A program made the position numbers and the translations under genes. Shown here piece after piece: positions 19,643 to 29,338 of a stretch of 64,000 nt of DNA. The stretch lies in NCBI GenBank assembly GCA_964408025.1, contig CAYOXX010000001.1, positions 7,627 through 71,626 on the forward strand, given 5' to 3'. How positions within the stretch are numbered: the first letter of the stretch is position 1; each line of letters opens with the position of its first letter. The notes under the pieces were generated by a model that was given only the letters and a program-made list of their open reading frames with translations, was not told the DNA's origin and did no database searches. This DNA is from an uncultured Acidobacteriota bacterium (GTDB lineage Bacteria; Acidobacteriota; DATKUA01).

Positions 19643-20226
19643 GCGGCGAGCACAACAGGTTTTGCGCGCGCGGCTCCGGCCACGGCGGGCTCTGGGGTGG
19701 GGGTGTCGCGGCGCTGCTACTGTGCCTGCTGTTCGCGCTGGCGGCGGAGCTGCCGGCACAGGAGGAGCCGACCCAGCCGCGGCAGCAGGGCAGGTGGGTG
19801 GGAGCCATGCCGGAGATAAACACCCTGGAGGAGCTGGAGCGCTTCCTGAGGCAGTTCCTGACCGACCGCACTCGGCGGCGCGACCCGTTCACGCGCGAAG
19901 TGCAGGAGGCGCAGCAGTCCTCGGCCACCTATCAGCTCCAGACGCGCCCTCGGCCGGCTTCAGGTTTCGGGCGCTACGACATAGACGACCTCACACTCCA
20001 GGCCATCTGGAACGACGGCGAGCAGATTACCGCGGTCTTCAGGGCGCCGGATCAGAAGCTGTTCATCGTGTCCGTCGGGGATGAGGCTTACGACGGCCGC
20101 ATTGTGGAGATAAACATAGAGCAGCGCTACGTGAGGTTCATGCAGGAACTCAGACGGGTCGGCCAGCAAGCGGAGGGCCAGCCGGTCGTAAGGTACGAGC
20201 CTAAGATCGTCAGGTTACGACGGTGA
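19639..20226 (+). CDS. Putative PilP-like pilus assembly protein
   Basis: 195 aa. It has a hydrophobic N-terminal segment and a beta-rich C-terminal domain, and sits in the PilP position of the cluster. The call rests on position only. Confidence 0.4.
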   Translation: MSGEHNRFCARGSGHGGLWGGGVAALLLCLLFALAAELPAQEEPTQPRQQGRWVGAMPEINTLEELERFLRQFLTDRTRRRDPFTREVQEAQQSSATYQLQTRPRPASGFGRYDIDDLTLQAIWNDGEQITAVFRAPDQKLFIVSVGDEAYDGRIVEINIEQRYVRFMQELRRVGQQAEGQPVVRYEPKIVRLRR

Positions 20227-20236
20227 GGAGGAGGCT

Positions 20237-23200
20237 ATGGGCTTCAGGGTGACCGTCACTCTCGCCGCGTTCACGGCGGCCTGCCTCTGGCTGGCGGTAT
20301 CCGGGCCGGTCGCTGTGGCGCAGGACGAGACCCTGCGAATAATCGATCTCCAGTACCTGGAAAGCGGCAGCACGAGCAGGCTTGTCGTTCGGGCCAGTCT
20401 ACCGTTTACCTACAGGGCCTACTCCGAGGGCACCGGGACGCTGGTGATCGAAACCGACGCTGCCGACACAAGCGACATCGCGCCGGGCATTACCATAGGA
20501 TCCAGATTTGTGCACAGCATCACCGTGGAGAACAGGCGCGCGGAACAGGATAGGGAGGTGACCGCGATAACCATCCGCTACAGGCCGGAGAACCGCTACG
20601 AGATCACGCCTCGCGGAAGAAGGCTCTTCATAGATTTCGCCCCGGCCGACGCCGGGGTGCCTGAACAGTCGACCGCGGAGGAGACCGCAACGGCTTCGCG
20701 AGAGCCCGATGAGGTAGGGGAGCCGGCTGACGCACCCGAACCGGAAGCCGAAGGAAGCCACGGCGATTCAACAGGCCCCGATTCGACGGCAGCACCGCGG
20801 CCCACCGATTCCGATTCCCTGCGTTATAGGTTGGATCCAGTGGTGACGTACTCGCTCACCGCGCTGCGCGTCGACAGGTCCAGAGGCGGCGTCGAGATAG
20901 TGATCTCCACGGACCGCCCCATGGAGCGGAGACTTTACCGAATCGTGCCGGTGGGGCCGCCCCCGCGCTACGTCGTCGACCTGCACGGCGCCACCAACAA
21001 CCTGCGGCGAGGAATAACCGAAGCTGTATCCGGTTACTTCGCCAGCATTCGCACGGCGCAGTTCGACGTGAATCCGTACCCAATTTCGCGCGTGGTGCTC
21101 GATATTGAAGACGAGCGGTGGCCGCAGGCCTTCTCCAGAGGGAATGACCTTGTCCTGAGCTTCAGCGTCGATGCCGAGGCAGCAGGCGCCGGCGGTAGCG
21201 AAACCGCCCGAGTGGAGCCGGTCGTCGTTGTTTCGGCCGACCAGCCGCGGATCGAGGAACCGACTGAAGCCGAAGCCGGAGGCGCGACCGGGTCCGCAGA
21301 CGTCGCCGAACAGGAACCAACAAGTGTTGAGCGGAAGGCCGACGCCGCTGAGTCAGGTGAGACTCGCGAAGTAATTTACGACCCGGCACCGGAGCCGGAA
21401 CCGGCCGTGGAGCCGGCATTAGAGGTGGAGGCCGATGCTGCCGAGAAAGGTGAGGCTCGCGAAGTAACTTCCGATCCGGCACCGGAGACGGAAGAGGCTG
21501 TGGAGCCGGCATTAGAGGTAGAGGCCGATGCTGCTGAGACAGGTGAGCCTCGCGAAGTAATTTCCGATCAGGCACCGGAGACGGAAGAGGCTGTGGAGCC
21601 GGCATTAGAGGTAGAGGCCGATGCTGCTGAGACAGGTGAGACTCGCGAAGTAATTTCCGATCAGGCACCCGAGCCGGAACCGGCCGTGGAGCCGGTGTTA
21701 GAGCCGGAAGCTGAGGCGGAGCCGGAATCAGAGCCGGAAGCTGATGCGGAAGTCGGCTCGCTGCCGTTCGAGTCCGAGCAGGCGTCTCGAGGCGATGCGC
21801 AGCCCGCGATTGCGGCGCACAGCAGTGAAGCGTCGGCGAGCTATGACTATGTTTCGACGTCGGGCAGTGACGCCGCAGCGGAGGCGGAAGCCGAGGTCGC
21901 GACTGGCGGTACTACGGGAATCACGGAGCCGCCGGAGGAGAATCTGCAGCTCTTCTCTGAGCAGTATCCAGACGGCATGAGGTCGAGCTCCGCAGTGGCG
22001 AGCGCAACGCATCCGGCGCCGGTCGGCACTCGACCGCAGCAGCAGAGCGAGGCACCGCAGCAGGGCGGCGAGGAGCAGTTCGATCTCACGACGGAGCGAG
22101 ACCAAGATTTCTTCCGCACCCGCGAGATCACGCCCAGCGAAAGGCGTTACAGAGGCCGCAGGGTGAACCTCGAGTTCGAGAGCATCAGCCTGCGAGCGCT
22201 GATTCTGCTACTGGGCCAGATGACCGATAAGAACTTCATTGTCGATCCGTCGGTCAGGCATCTGGAAGTGTCGCTCAGCCTGCGGGACGTGCCATGGGAC
22301 CAGGCTCTGGAAATCATTCTCGACTACTACGGTCTGGGAAGCGTCGAGGAGGACAACGTCATCCGCATCGCCACGCGGCAAAGGCTGACCCAGGAGGCCG
22401 AGGAGCGCCGCCAGCTGGCCCTGCAGCGCGCCCTGTCGGTGCCGCGCCGGCAGGTTACGAGGCCGGTGAACTACGCCAAGGCGAGCGACCTGCTGGCGCT
22501 CATCCGGCGCAACCTCAGCAGCCAGGGGGAGGCGGTGGTCGACGAGAGGACGAACACGCTTGTGATCACTGACATCCCCTCCAAGGTCGACGAGCACCTC
22601 GCACTGCTCGAGGCCCTGGACATACCGACAAGGCAAGTGATAGTCGAGGCGCGCATAGTAGAGACGACGCGAGACTTCATCAACGAGTTCGGTCTCCAGT
22701 ACGGATTCCGGGCCTCGGCGACGTCGGATTACGGCAGCTCCACGGGGTTGATATTTCCGAACCAGATGACTATCTCCGGTGGCGGACCTGAGTTCTCGCC
22801 GAATCTGCTGCCGTTCGCCGTCAACCTGCCTGCCTCGACGATAAACAGCTCGATTCTCGGTTCCTTCGCCAACATCAATGGCTCGTTCATTCTCGACGCC
22901 ATACTCACGGCGGCGGAGAGCGAGCGCAAGGTGAGGGTGCTCAGCCGGCCCCGCATCAGCGCCCTGAACAACGACCGGGCGGAGATCAAGAGCGGCATCG
23001 AGGTCCCCTATCAGGTGATCCAGAACAACACGGTCTCCATCCGTTGGCGAGAGGCGACGTTGAGGCTGACGGTAACACCTCACATAACCTCCGACGCCAC
23101 CGTGATCTTGGATGTCGAGGTCGACAAGAGCTCGCTGGGCATTCAGACGGCGGCCGGATTCACCATCCAAACGCGGCAGGCGACGAGCACGGTGCTGGTG

Positions 23201-23377
23201 CCCGACGGCGGCGTAGCCGTCATCGGCGGGGTTCTGGAGATCTCCGAGAACATCACCAGCGAGCGGACTCCTTTCCTGCACCGGATCCCGCTGATAGGTC
23301 GCCTCTTCCGCAGCAGGCAGGAGCGAGTCCAGAACACCGAGTTGCTGATCTTTATTTCGCCGAAGATCATCGGCTAG
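20237..23377 (+). CDS. pilQ: Type IV pilus secretin PilQ (1046 aa) with two N-terminal AMIN domains and an acidic tandem-repeat linker
   Basis: It has a signal peptide. The AMIN-like domains read LRIIDLQYLESG..LVIET and LRYRLDPVV...YVVDLHG. The secretin N and secretin C-terminal motifs are present (VLVPDGGVAVIGGVL...IPLIGRLFRSRQERVQNTELLIFISPKII). Confidence 0.85.
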   Translation: MGFRVTVTLAAFTAACLWLAVSGPVAVAQDETLRIIDLQYLESGSTSRLVVRASLPFTYRAYSEGTGTLVIETDAADTSDIAPGITIGSRFVHSITVENRRAEQDREVTAITIRYRPENRYEITPRGRRLFIDFAPADAGVPEQSTAEETATASREPDEVGEPADAPEPEAEGSHGDSTGPDSTAAPRPTDSDSLRYRLDPVVTYSLTALRVDRSRGGVEIVISTDRPMERRLYRIVPVGPPPRYVVDLHGATNNLRRGITEAVSGYFASIRTAQFDVNPYPISRVVLDIEDERWPQAFSRGNDLVLSFSVDAEAAGAGGSETARVEPVVVVSADQPRIEEPTEAEAGGATGSADVAEQEPTSVERKADAAESGETREVIYDPAPEPEPAVEPALEVEADAAEKGEAREVTSDPAPETEEAVEPALEVEADAAETGEPREVISDQAPETEEAVEPALEVEADAAETGETREVISDQAPEPEPAVEPVLEPEAEAEPESEPEADAEVGSLPFESEQASRGDAQPAIAAHSSEASASYDYVSTSGSDAAAEAEAEVATGGTTGITEPPEENLQLFSEQYPDGMRSSSAVASATHPAPVGTRPQQQSEAPQQGGEEQFDLTTERDQDFFRTREITPSERRYRGRRVNLEFESISLRALILLLGQMTDKNFIVDPSVRHLEVSLSLRDVPWDQALEIILDYYGLGSVEEDNVIRIATRQRLTQEAEERRQLALQRALSVPRRQVTRPVNYAKASDLLALIRRNLSSQGEAVVDERTNTLVITDIPSKVDEHLALLEALDIPTRQVIVEARIVETTRDFINEFGLQYGFRASATSDYGSSTGLIFPNQMTISGGGPEFSPNLLPFAVNLPASTINSSILGSFANINGSFILDAILTAAESERKVRVLSRPRISALNNDRAEIKSGIEVPYQVIQNNTVSIRWREATLRLTVTPHITSDATVILDVEVDKSSLGIQTAAGFTIQTRQATSTVLVPDGGVAVIGGVLEISENITSERTPFLHRIPLIGRLFRSRQERVQNTELLIFISPKIIG
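21338..21709. repeat. Four in-frame tandem 93-bp repeats (31 aa units ADAAE.GE.REV..D.APE.E.AVEP.LEVE) inside pilQ
   Basis: Period 93 nt. Copies start at ~21338, 21431, 21524 and 21617. Copies 3 and 4 are nearly identical at the DNA level. A degenerate acidic EPEAEAEPESEPEADAE tail follows. Confidence 0.85.
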
Positions 23378-23387
23378 GGGTGAAAAG

Positions 23388-23936
23388 ATGTCGAGAAAAC
23401 TGCTGATTCTGCCGGCGCTGGCCATCCTGATTTTCGCCCTCTCTTGCAGCGAGGAGAGGGGCCAGGTAATCCTCACAGTCGCGTCGATCAACCCCACCTC
23501 CGAGCCCTTCGGGGACATCATGGATGAAGACGGTATCATTCCGCCGGACACAGTCGACATAGAGCTCCACAACGACCTCAAGAATCCTGGGGGGCTGGGG
23601 AGTCTGACCTTTGCCGACATCGTTGTGGAGTCGGTCACCATCAGCTTCACGCGCGTCGACGGCGGCTCGGACGAGCCCGCGACGTTCCGCACGGCCACGA
23701 GCTACTTGATACCGGCCCAGGGAATCCTGACGATCACCGATTTCCTGATCATTCCCGCGACACTGAAGGCCCAGTTTCCGCTGAGCGATCTGCTCTACTA
23801 CGGATTCGAGCGCAGCACCAATTTCGCCAGCATTCGAATGGACGTTCGACTGGAGTTCGCCGGCCACACACACGAAGGAGATCCCGTCTACGCGTCTGGG
23901 AGTATCACCATGGAATTCACGAACTGGGCGGACTGA
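23388..23936 (+). CDS. Hypothetical lipoprotein (182 aa)
   Basis: It has a signal peptide with a lipobox-like FALSC. It has no recognisable domain. It lies 10 nt after pilQ on the same strand. Confidence 0.5.
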   Translation: MSRKLLILPALAILIFALSCSEERGQVILTVASINPTSEPFGDIMDEDGIIPPDTVDIELHNDLKNPGGLGSLTFADIVVESVTISFTRVDGGSDEPATFRTATSYLIPAQGILTITDFLIIPATLKAQFPLSDLLYYGFERSTNFASIRMDVRLEFAGHTHEGDPVYASGSITMEFTNWAD

Positions 23937-23955
23937 GCGCGCAGGAGGATAACAG

Positions 23956-25344
23956 ATGAGGCGAGCGGCGAGATCAATCAGTTGGTTAGTGCTGTTGGCG
24001 GTTCTCTGGTTGCCGCCGGGCGGCTGCAGCCCAGAGGATCCGGCAACGCCGACCCAACCGACTACGCAACCACCGGCGACCGGCGCGCGGGCCGTCAGCG
24101 TCAGCGTTTCGCCGAGTAGGATTCCGGCTGACGGCATCTCGGCCGCGCTCATCATAGCCAGCTGCTACGTGGGCGGCCAGTCAGCGCCGGACAACCTGCC
24201 GGTGAGTTTCACCACGGACCGCGGCGATTTAAGCCTAAACGGCGTCGATCCGATAAATGCGGACCAGCCGACGCACTCAGCCACGTTATACACCTCCGGC
24301 GGCACGGTTAGCATCTATCTGATCAGCGAGGCGGCGCCAGCGACAGCTCGCTTGAATGTTTACTTTGGCACCGATGCGGCGGCCAGCGCCAGCATCGAAT
24401 TCATCCTCAGCGACCAGCAAATAGGTTCGATTGAGCTCACTTTGACTCCCGAGAACGGCAACTCTCCCCTCACGATTTTAGCCTCGGCTACCGTGAAGTC
24501 GCCGAACGACGACACGATGCAGGGGCTCCGCGTCACCTTCGAGATCGACGACCCCTCGGCCTCCATCGACGACAGGAGGATCAAGACCGATAGCAGCGGC
24601 ATCGCGGCGACCTACATCAGCGGTATCGTCAGGGACGCGACGGTGACCGCCTCGGTCGGGGATTACGTCGCCATGAAGCAGGTGAGGATCGACAACGAGG
24701 AGGCCAAGCTGCTGACCCTCGAGGCGCTCGACGAAACCGGAACGGCGAGAAGCGAGCCGGTGCTGGTCGGCTCATCGTGGCAGATGCTGCTGCGCGCCTC
24801 GGTAAGCAGCGAGACCACCGGAGGCTCCCCAGTACCGGGAGTGGTTGTCTCGTTCAGTTCCAACATCTCCGGCGCCAGCTTCGGAAGCAGCCAGGTGACC
24901 ACCAATTCCAACGGCGAAGCCGAGACGTACATCTTCAACATGGGCAGCGACGGCTACATAACGGCTTCCGCACCGGGGGCCGACGACACGCTGTTTGTGA
25001 AGCTGAACAGGCCGCCGGTTGCGCGCATCGACGTACTCTCCGGAACCGACGCTAACGGAGACGGCTACGCGGGCGATGTCAACGTTTTCGTGTTATCCGC
25101 AGCGCGAAGCTACGATCCCGACGAGAACTTCGGCGATTCGATAGAATATTCGTGGACGTTTACCATCAATTCTTCTGCCGACGTTAATGTTAGCCCGTCA
25201 ACGAGCACCGACGAGGTAGTGACCGTAACCGTGGGCGACGCGACGACGCAACCTGCTGCAGGCGACATACTGACGATAACACTGACGGTGACCGACGAAA
25301 ACGGCCTGCAGGACACCGAGGTCATGACGATAGAATTCCAATGA
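23956..25344 (+). CDS. Surface/lipoprotein with bacterial Ig-like (Big) domains
   Basis: It has a signal peptide and a Cys (LPPGGCS), then a PT-rich linker. Repeated ~90 aa beta-rich modules (...VSVSPSRIPADGISAALIIAS..., ...VTFEIDD..SGIAATYISG..., ...VVSFSSNISGASFG...) are typical of invasin/intimin-type Ig-like repeats. Confidence 0.5.
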   Translation: MRRAARSISWLVLLAVLWLPPGGCSPEDPATPTQPTTQPPATGARAVSVSVSPSRIPADGISAALIIASCYVGGQSAPDNLPVSFTTDRGDLSLNGVDPINADQPTHSATLYTSGGTVSIYLISEAAPATARLNVYFGTDAAASASIEFILSDQQIGSIELTLTPENGNSPLTILASATVKSPNDDTMQGLRVTFEIDDPSASIDDRRIKTDSSGIAATYISGIVRDATVTASVGDYVAMKQVRIDNEEAKLLTLEALDETGTARSEPVLVGSSWQMLLRASVSSETTGGSPVPGVVVSFSSNISGASFGSSQVTTNSNGEAETYIFNMGSDGYITASAPGADDTLFVKLNRPPVARIDVLSGTDANGDGYAGDVNVFVLSAARSYDPDENFGDSIEYSWTFTINSSADVNVSPSTSTDEVVTVTVGDATTQPAAGDILTITLTVTDENGLQDTEVMTIEFQ

Positions 25345-25433
25345 TGTTGTCCCTAAAGTGTTTGACTTCCAAGGTTTTGGCGTCATACACTTGGATTGGA
25401 AATCTTCTGCGGAAACTGGCCGAGGAGAATTAG

Positions 25434-27122
25434 ATGGCCGAAGATTCCGATGGCGAAATTGTACTCTCACCGAGGCTGGAATCGCTGTCAGAGGAGTATG
25501 CCAAGGATCCGACCTCGAAGAAGTTCTATCCGCTCGCCGAAGAATACCGCAAGTCGGGCATGTTTGACGAGGCGATATACATCTGCAGTGAGGGCCTCAA
25601 GAACCACCCGGGCTATCTTCCGGCCCAGATGACGCTGGCGCACTGCTACGTCGAGACGAAGAATTATATAGAAGGTCAACTGCTGCTGCAGGAAATACTC
25701 GAAGAACACCCCGAAAACGCTCCGGCGCACCGTCTAGCGGGGGACCTCTACTTCTCCCAGGGCGAGATCGATTCGGCCCGTGAGCATTATCTGGCAGCGC
25801 AGAAGCTGCGTCCCGACGACCAAATCGTTGATGAGCGGCTGCAGATGATTGATTTCCCCGAGAAGGACCTGACGTCGGACAGGGAGATCGATGTCTCGGC
25901 GACACCCGAGCCCCCGGCCGCCGAGGAGTCTCCGGGTTTGGAGTTGAGTGGGGCCGTAGACGGGGACGCAGGTGAACCGGAGCTTGATCTTGATGATGCG
26001 GACGAGCCCACCGACGTCGTTCTGACGCTAGGTGACGAAGCCGAGTCTGTGGACCTGTTTGTTCCGACGCAGAAGCGTATGGCAGTCGTCGAGGAGCCGG
26101 TTGCGCCGGAGCCCTCCGCTGCGGAATCCCAAGATGAGGTTTCTGTTATTGAGAGCGGGCTGGCGGATACCTCGCCCCCGGAAGAGACCGATGAGGTGGT
26201 AGCCGAGGAACAGGCCGGAGTCGGCGATTCTATCGAGGTCGGTGACGCGGAGGTTGCCGCGTTTGCTGAACCGGCAGGGGAAGAAGAAGGCGGCGGTGAG
26301 CCGCTGTTGCCGCAGGAAGAGATAGAGCCCCTCGAGATACCGCAGTTGGAAACCGCAGGGGTAGCCGAGGCCGACTCGGTTCCGACCTTGGAATCTCCCG
26401 ACGAGATTACGGTGAGATTCGAATCCCCTCCGTTACAGGAAGGACGGGAAGAGGATATCGGTGTTCCCGAAGAGGCTGAACGGGAGCTCAAGGTCGACGC
26501 GACGGCCCTGGTTCTCGAGCTCGAGAGCCTGTCGCCTGAAGAGCTCCAGGAGGTCCCTCCGGAGGAGATGGTGCTGGGCGAGGGGGATATCATCGAGAGG
26601 GGCGTTGCGCCAGCGCTCGAAGCGGAAGCCGAAGCTGTCGCCGATAAGGAGATCGAGATCGGGCCGGAAGCGCTCGAGGCGCCGGCGGAGCCGTCAGCAG
26701 AGCCGGCGGAAGCGCGAGAACAGGAAGTCCCCGCGGAGGTGGCGGAGCCGCCCGCCGTGGAGGAGCCTTTTCTCGTCGAGCCGCTGGAGATCGGCGACCT
26801 GGCAGTGGGGGAGCATGTCGCCGCGGAGCCCGAGGCGCCAGAGAGTGAGGAAGAGCTGCCGGCGCCGCCAACCATCACCTCGGCGAAGATTTACGAGGAA
26901 CAGGGTCACCTGGCCGAGGCCCTCGAGATATACAGGTGGCTTCTCGAGCGAGATCCCGATTTCAGGCATCTCGGAGGCAAGGTCAGAGAACTCGAAAGAG
27001 AACTAGAGCTGGCAGCGGCAAGCTCTGTGGACGACTCGCAGCAGCGGAAGGTCGAGAAGCTGCGAAGATGGCTTCGCAACATCGAAGCGTTCGAGGGCGG
27101 GCGGAACGTCCAAGATGCGTAG
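25434..27122 (+). CDS. TPR-repeat protein with long acidic Glu/Pro/Ala-rich low-complexity middle region
   Basis: The N-terminal TPR-like helices read AEEYRKSGMFDEAIYICSEGLKNHP... and AGDLYFSQGEIDSAREHY. A ~330 aa acidic linker follows. A C-terminal TPR reads AKIYEEQGHLAEALEIYRWLLERDPD. There is no signal peptide or TM. Confidence 0.55.
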   Translation: MAEDSDGEIVLSPRLESLSEEYAKDPTSKKFYPLAEEYRKSGMFDEAIYICSEGLKNHPGYLPAQMTLAHCYVETKNYIEGQLLLQEILEEHPENAPAHRLAGDLYFSQGEIDSAREHYLAAQKLRPDDQIVDERLQMIDFPEKDLTSDREIDVSATPEPPAAEESPGLELSGAVDGDAGEPELDLDDADEPTDVVLTLGDEAESVDLFVPTQKRMAVVEEPVAPEPSAAESQDEVSVIESGLADTSPPEETDEVVAEEQAGVGDSIEVGDAEVAAFAEPAGEEEGGGEPLLPQEEIEPLEIPQLETAGVAEADSVPTLESPDEITVRFESPPLQEGREEDIGVPEEAERELKVDATALVLELESLSPEELQEVPPEEMVLGEGDIIERGVAPALEAEAEAVADKEIEIGPEALEAPAEPSAEPAEAREQEVPAEVAEPPAVEEPFLVEPLEIGDLAVGEHVAAEPEAPESEEELPAPPTITSAKIYEEQGHLAEALEIYRWLLERDPDFRHLGGKVRELERELELAAASSVDDSQQRKVEKLRRWLRNIEAFEGGRNVQDA

Positions 27123-27125
27123 CCG

Positions 27126-27479
27126 ATGATTGCCGCAATCCTCAAGGAACTTTCCGAAAGGGTATCGCAGTTCAGGGGAGTAGTACTCACAGGAATGGAC
27201 GGATTACCGATCGGCCGCATCGTGCCTCCCGATTCGAGGTTCGAGCAACTAGTGATCGAGCACATCGCCGTGCAGAAACGCCTCCGCTCGCACATGGATT
27301 CCTTCGACTTCGGGTTGCCGCGGGAGTTCACAGTCGTGGGCGAGCGCTTGAAGCTGATAATCCTCGCCGTCAACGAAGACTATTTCCTCGCCCTCGGGGT
27401 AGGCCCCAAAGAGAACATCGGGAGGGCCCGCTACGAGCTTCGCCGCGCCGCCATACCGTTGAAGAGAGAGCTCTCATAA
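27126..27479 (+). CDS. Roadblock/LC7 (MglB-like) domain protein
   Basis: 117 aa. ...[15 protein letters not shown]... and ...[31 protein letters not shown] match the Roadblock/LC7 fold pattern. It starts 4 nt after the TPR gene. Confidence 0.55.
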   Translation: MIAAILKELSERVSQFRGVVLTGMDGLPIGRIVPPDSRFEQLVIEHIAVQKRLRSHMDSFDFGLPREFTVVGERLKLIILAVNEDYFLALGVGPKENIGRARYELRRAAIPLKRELS

Positions 27480-27615
27480 CCGATCCGGCGTCGCCCCCAG
27501 CCTCGATCTTACCCCCGGAGTCATCTTCGCAGGGATCGCTCTCTTGCTTCGGCCGGCGGTCCTACCCTATAGTTTTGCTAGTAGAGTCTTTCGAAAATCG
27601 ACACGGGAGAGTGAC

Positions 27616-29280
27616 ATGGCCGGGAGTCGGGAAGTGAGGGCGCCGCGCGGCACGGAGCTCGTCTGCAAGGGCTGGGGTCAGGAGGCGGCGATGAGGATGC
27701 TGATGAACAACCTCGACGCCGAGGTCGCGGAGAATCCCGACGAGCTGATCGTCTACGGGGGCAGCGGCAAGGCGGCGCGCAACTGGGAGTGCTTCGACGC
27801 CATCGTCAGCTCTCTCAGGGAGTTAGGTGGCGACGAGACGCTGCTGGTGCAGAGTGGCAAGCCGGTAGGCGTCTTCAGGACCCACCAAGATGCCCCCAGG
27901 GTGTTGATCAGCAACTCGATGCTGGTGCCGGCCTGGGGCACCTGGGATCACTTCCGAGAGCTCGAGCGTAAGGGGCTGATGATGTATGGCCAGATGACGG
28001 CGGGCAGCTGGATATACATAGGCACGCAGGGGATTCTGCAGGGCACTTACGAGACGCTGGCCGCGGCCGCTAAGAAGAGATTCGGCGGATCGCTGCAGGG
28101 CAAGCTCGTGGTAAGCGCCGGCCTCGGCGGCATGGGCGGGGCCCAGCCCCTGGCGATAACCATGAACCTCGGTACCGCCCTGGTGGCCGAGGTGGACGAG
28201 CAGCGGATTCAGAGGAGGCTGGAGTCCGGTTACCTCGACGTCGCGGAGCGCGACCTGGACGCGGCGCTCGAGAAGGCTCTGCGGGCCAAGGAGGCCCACG
28301 AGCCGGTTTCGATCGGCCTGCTGGCGAACGCCGCGGACCTGTTGCGGGAACTCGTCAAGCGCGGCGTGACGCCCGACGTCCTCACCGACCAGACCTCGGC
28401 CCACGACGCGTTGAACGGCTACGTGCCTAACGGCATGTCGTACTCGGAGGCCCTGAAGCTGCGCGTCGACGATCCCGAAGCCTACATAGCCGAGGCGATG
28501 CGTTCCATGGCCGAGCAGGTCAGCACCATGCTCGAGCTGAAGCGCCGCGGGGCGGTGACCTTCGACTACGGCAACAACATCCGCGGCCAGGCCAGGGAGG
28601 CCGGCGTCGAGGAGGCGTTCGAGATACCCGGATTCGTGCCCGAGTACATCAGACCGCTATTCTGCGAGGGTAAGGGACCGTTCCGATGGGCGGCTTTGAG
28701 CGGCGACCCCAAGGACATCGCCGTCACGGACCGGGCCGTGCTTGAAACCTTCCCCGATGATGAGCCGCTCTGCCGCTGGATACGCCTGGCTGGCGAGAAG
28801 GTCAAATTTCAGGGCCTCCCGAGCCGCATCTGCTGGCTCGGCTACGGCGAGCGCGACAGGATGGGACTCATCTTCAACGAGCTGGTGGCCAGCGGCGAGG
28901 TCAGCGCCCCTATCGTCATCGGGCGCGACCACCTGGACGCCGGCTCGGTCGCCAGCCCCTACCGCGAGACCGAGGGGATGGCCGACGGCACGGACGCCGT
29001 GGCGGACTGGCCGATTCTCAATGCCCTGCTCAACGCGGTCGGCGGGGCCACATGGGTCAGCGTTCACCACGGCGGCGGCGTCGGCATCGGCAATTCGATT
29101 CACGCCGGCATGGTAATCGTCGCCGACGGCACCCCCGAGGCCGCGGTGCGCCTAAAACGGGTTCTGACTACCGACCCGGGCACAGGAGTGATGCGCCATG
29201 TAGACGCGGGTTACGAGAAGGCGATAGCTGTGTCCCGCGAACGCGGAGTCAAGATCCCGATGACTTCCGGAAAGCGATAA
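27616..29280 (+). CDS. hutU: Urocanate hydratase
   Basis: 554 aa. It carries the urocanase signature [16 protein letters not shown]...[10 protein letters not shown]...[22 protein letters not shown].... The start was moved to MAGSREV, which has a GGGAGAG RBS. Confidence 0.9.
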   Translation: MAGSREVRAPRGTELVCKGWGQEAAMRMLMNNLDAEVAENPDELIVYGGSGKAARNWECFDAIVSSLRELGGDETLLVQSGKPVGVFRTHQDAPRVLISNSMLVPAWGTWDHFRELERKGLMMYGQMTAGSWIYIGTQGILQGTYETLAAAAKKRFGGSLQGKLVVSAGLGGMGGAQPLAITMNLGTALVAEVDEQRIQRRLESGYLDVAERDLDAALEKALRAKEAHEPVSIGLLANAADLLRELVKRGVTPDVLTDQTSAHDALNGYVPNGMSYSEALKLRVDDPEAYIAEAMRSMAEQVSTMLELKRRGAVTFDYGNNIRGQAREAGVEEAFEIPGFVPEYIRPLFCEGKGPFRWAALSGDPKDIAVTDRAVLETFPDDEPLCRWIRLAGEKVKFQGLPSRICWLGYGERDRMGLIFNELVASGEVSAPIVIGRDHLDAGSVASPYRETEGMADGTDAVADWPILNALLNAVGGATWVSVHHGGGVGIGNSIHAGMVIVADGTPEAAVRLKRVLTTDPGTGVMRHVDAGYEKAIAVSRERGVKIPMTSGKR

Positions 29281-29338
29281 GTATCGTATAGCAGCCGGGC
29301 GACGAGGTGACTTGCCGGAGTCAGATTCGCGCCCTGCG

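Noticed and set aside
21338-21709. Regularly spaced 93-bp repeats, which could look like a CRISPR array.
   Set aside because: There are no unique spacers. The units are directly tandem, in frame within pilQ, and encode an acidic peptide repeat. There are no cas genes in the window.
22208-23698. 496-aa ORF on the minus strand inside pilQ. Many other long antisense ORFs are similar, for example 1770..2726+, 4380..5651+, 6453..7346-, 10593..11519-, 14941..15942-, 25787..26878-, 31155..32051+, 37959..38987-, 53761..54912- and 62330..63307-.
   Set aside because: High GC suppresses stop codons on the strand opposite real genes. These ORFs overlap strongly supported conserved genes, have Arg/Pro/Gly/Ser-rich low-complexity translations, and have no RBS or recognisable domains.
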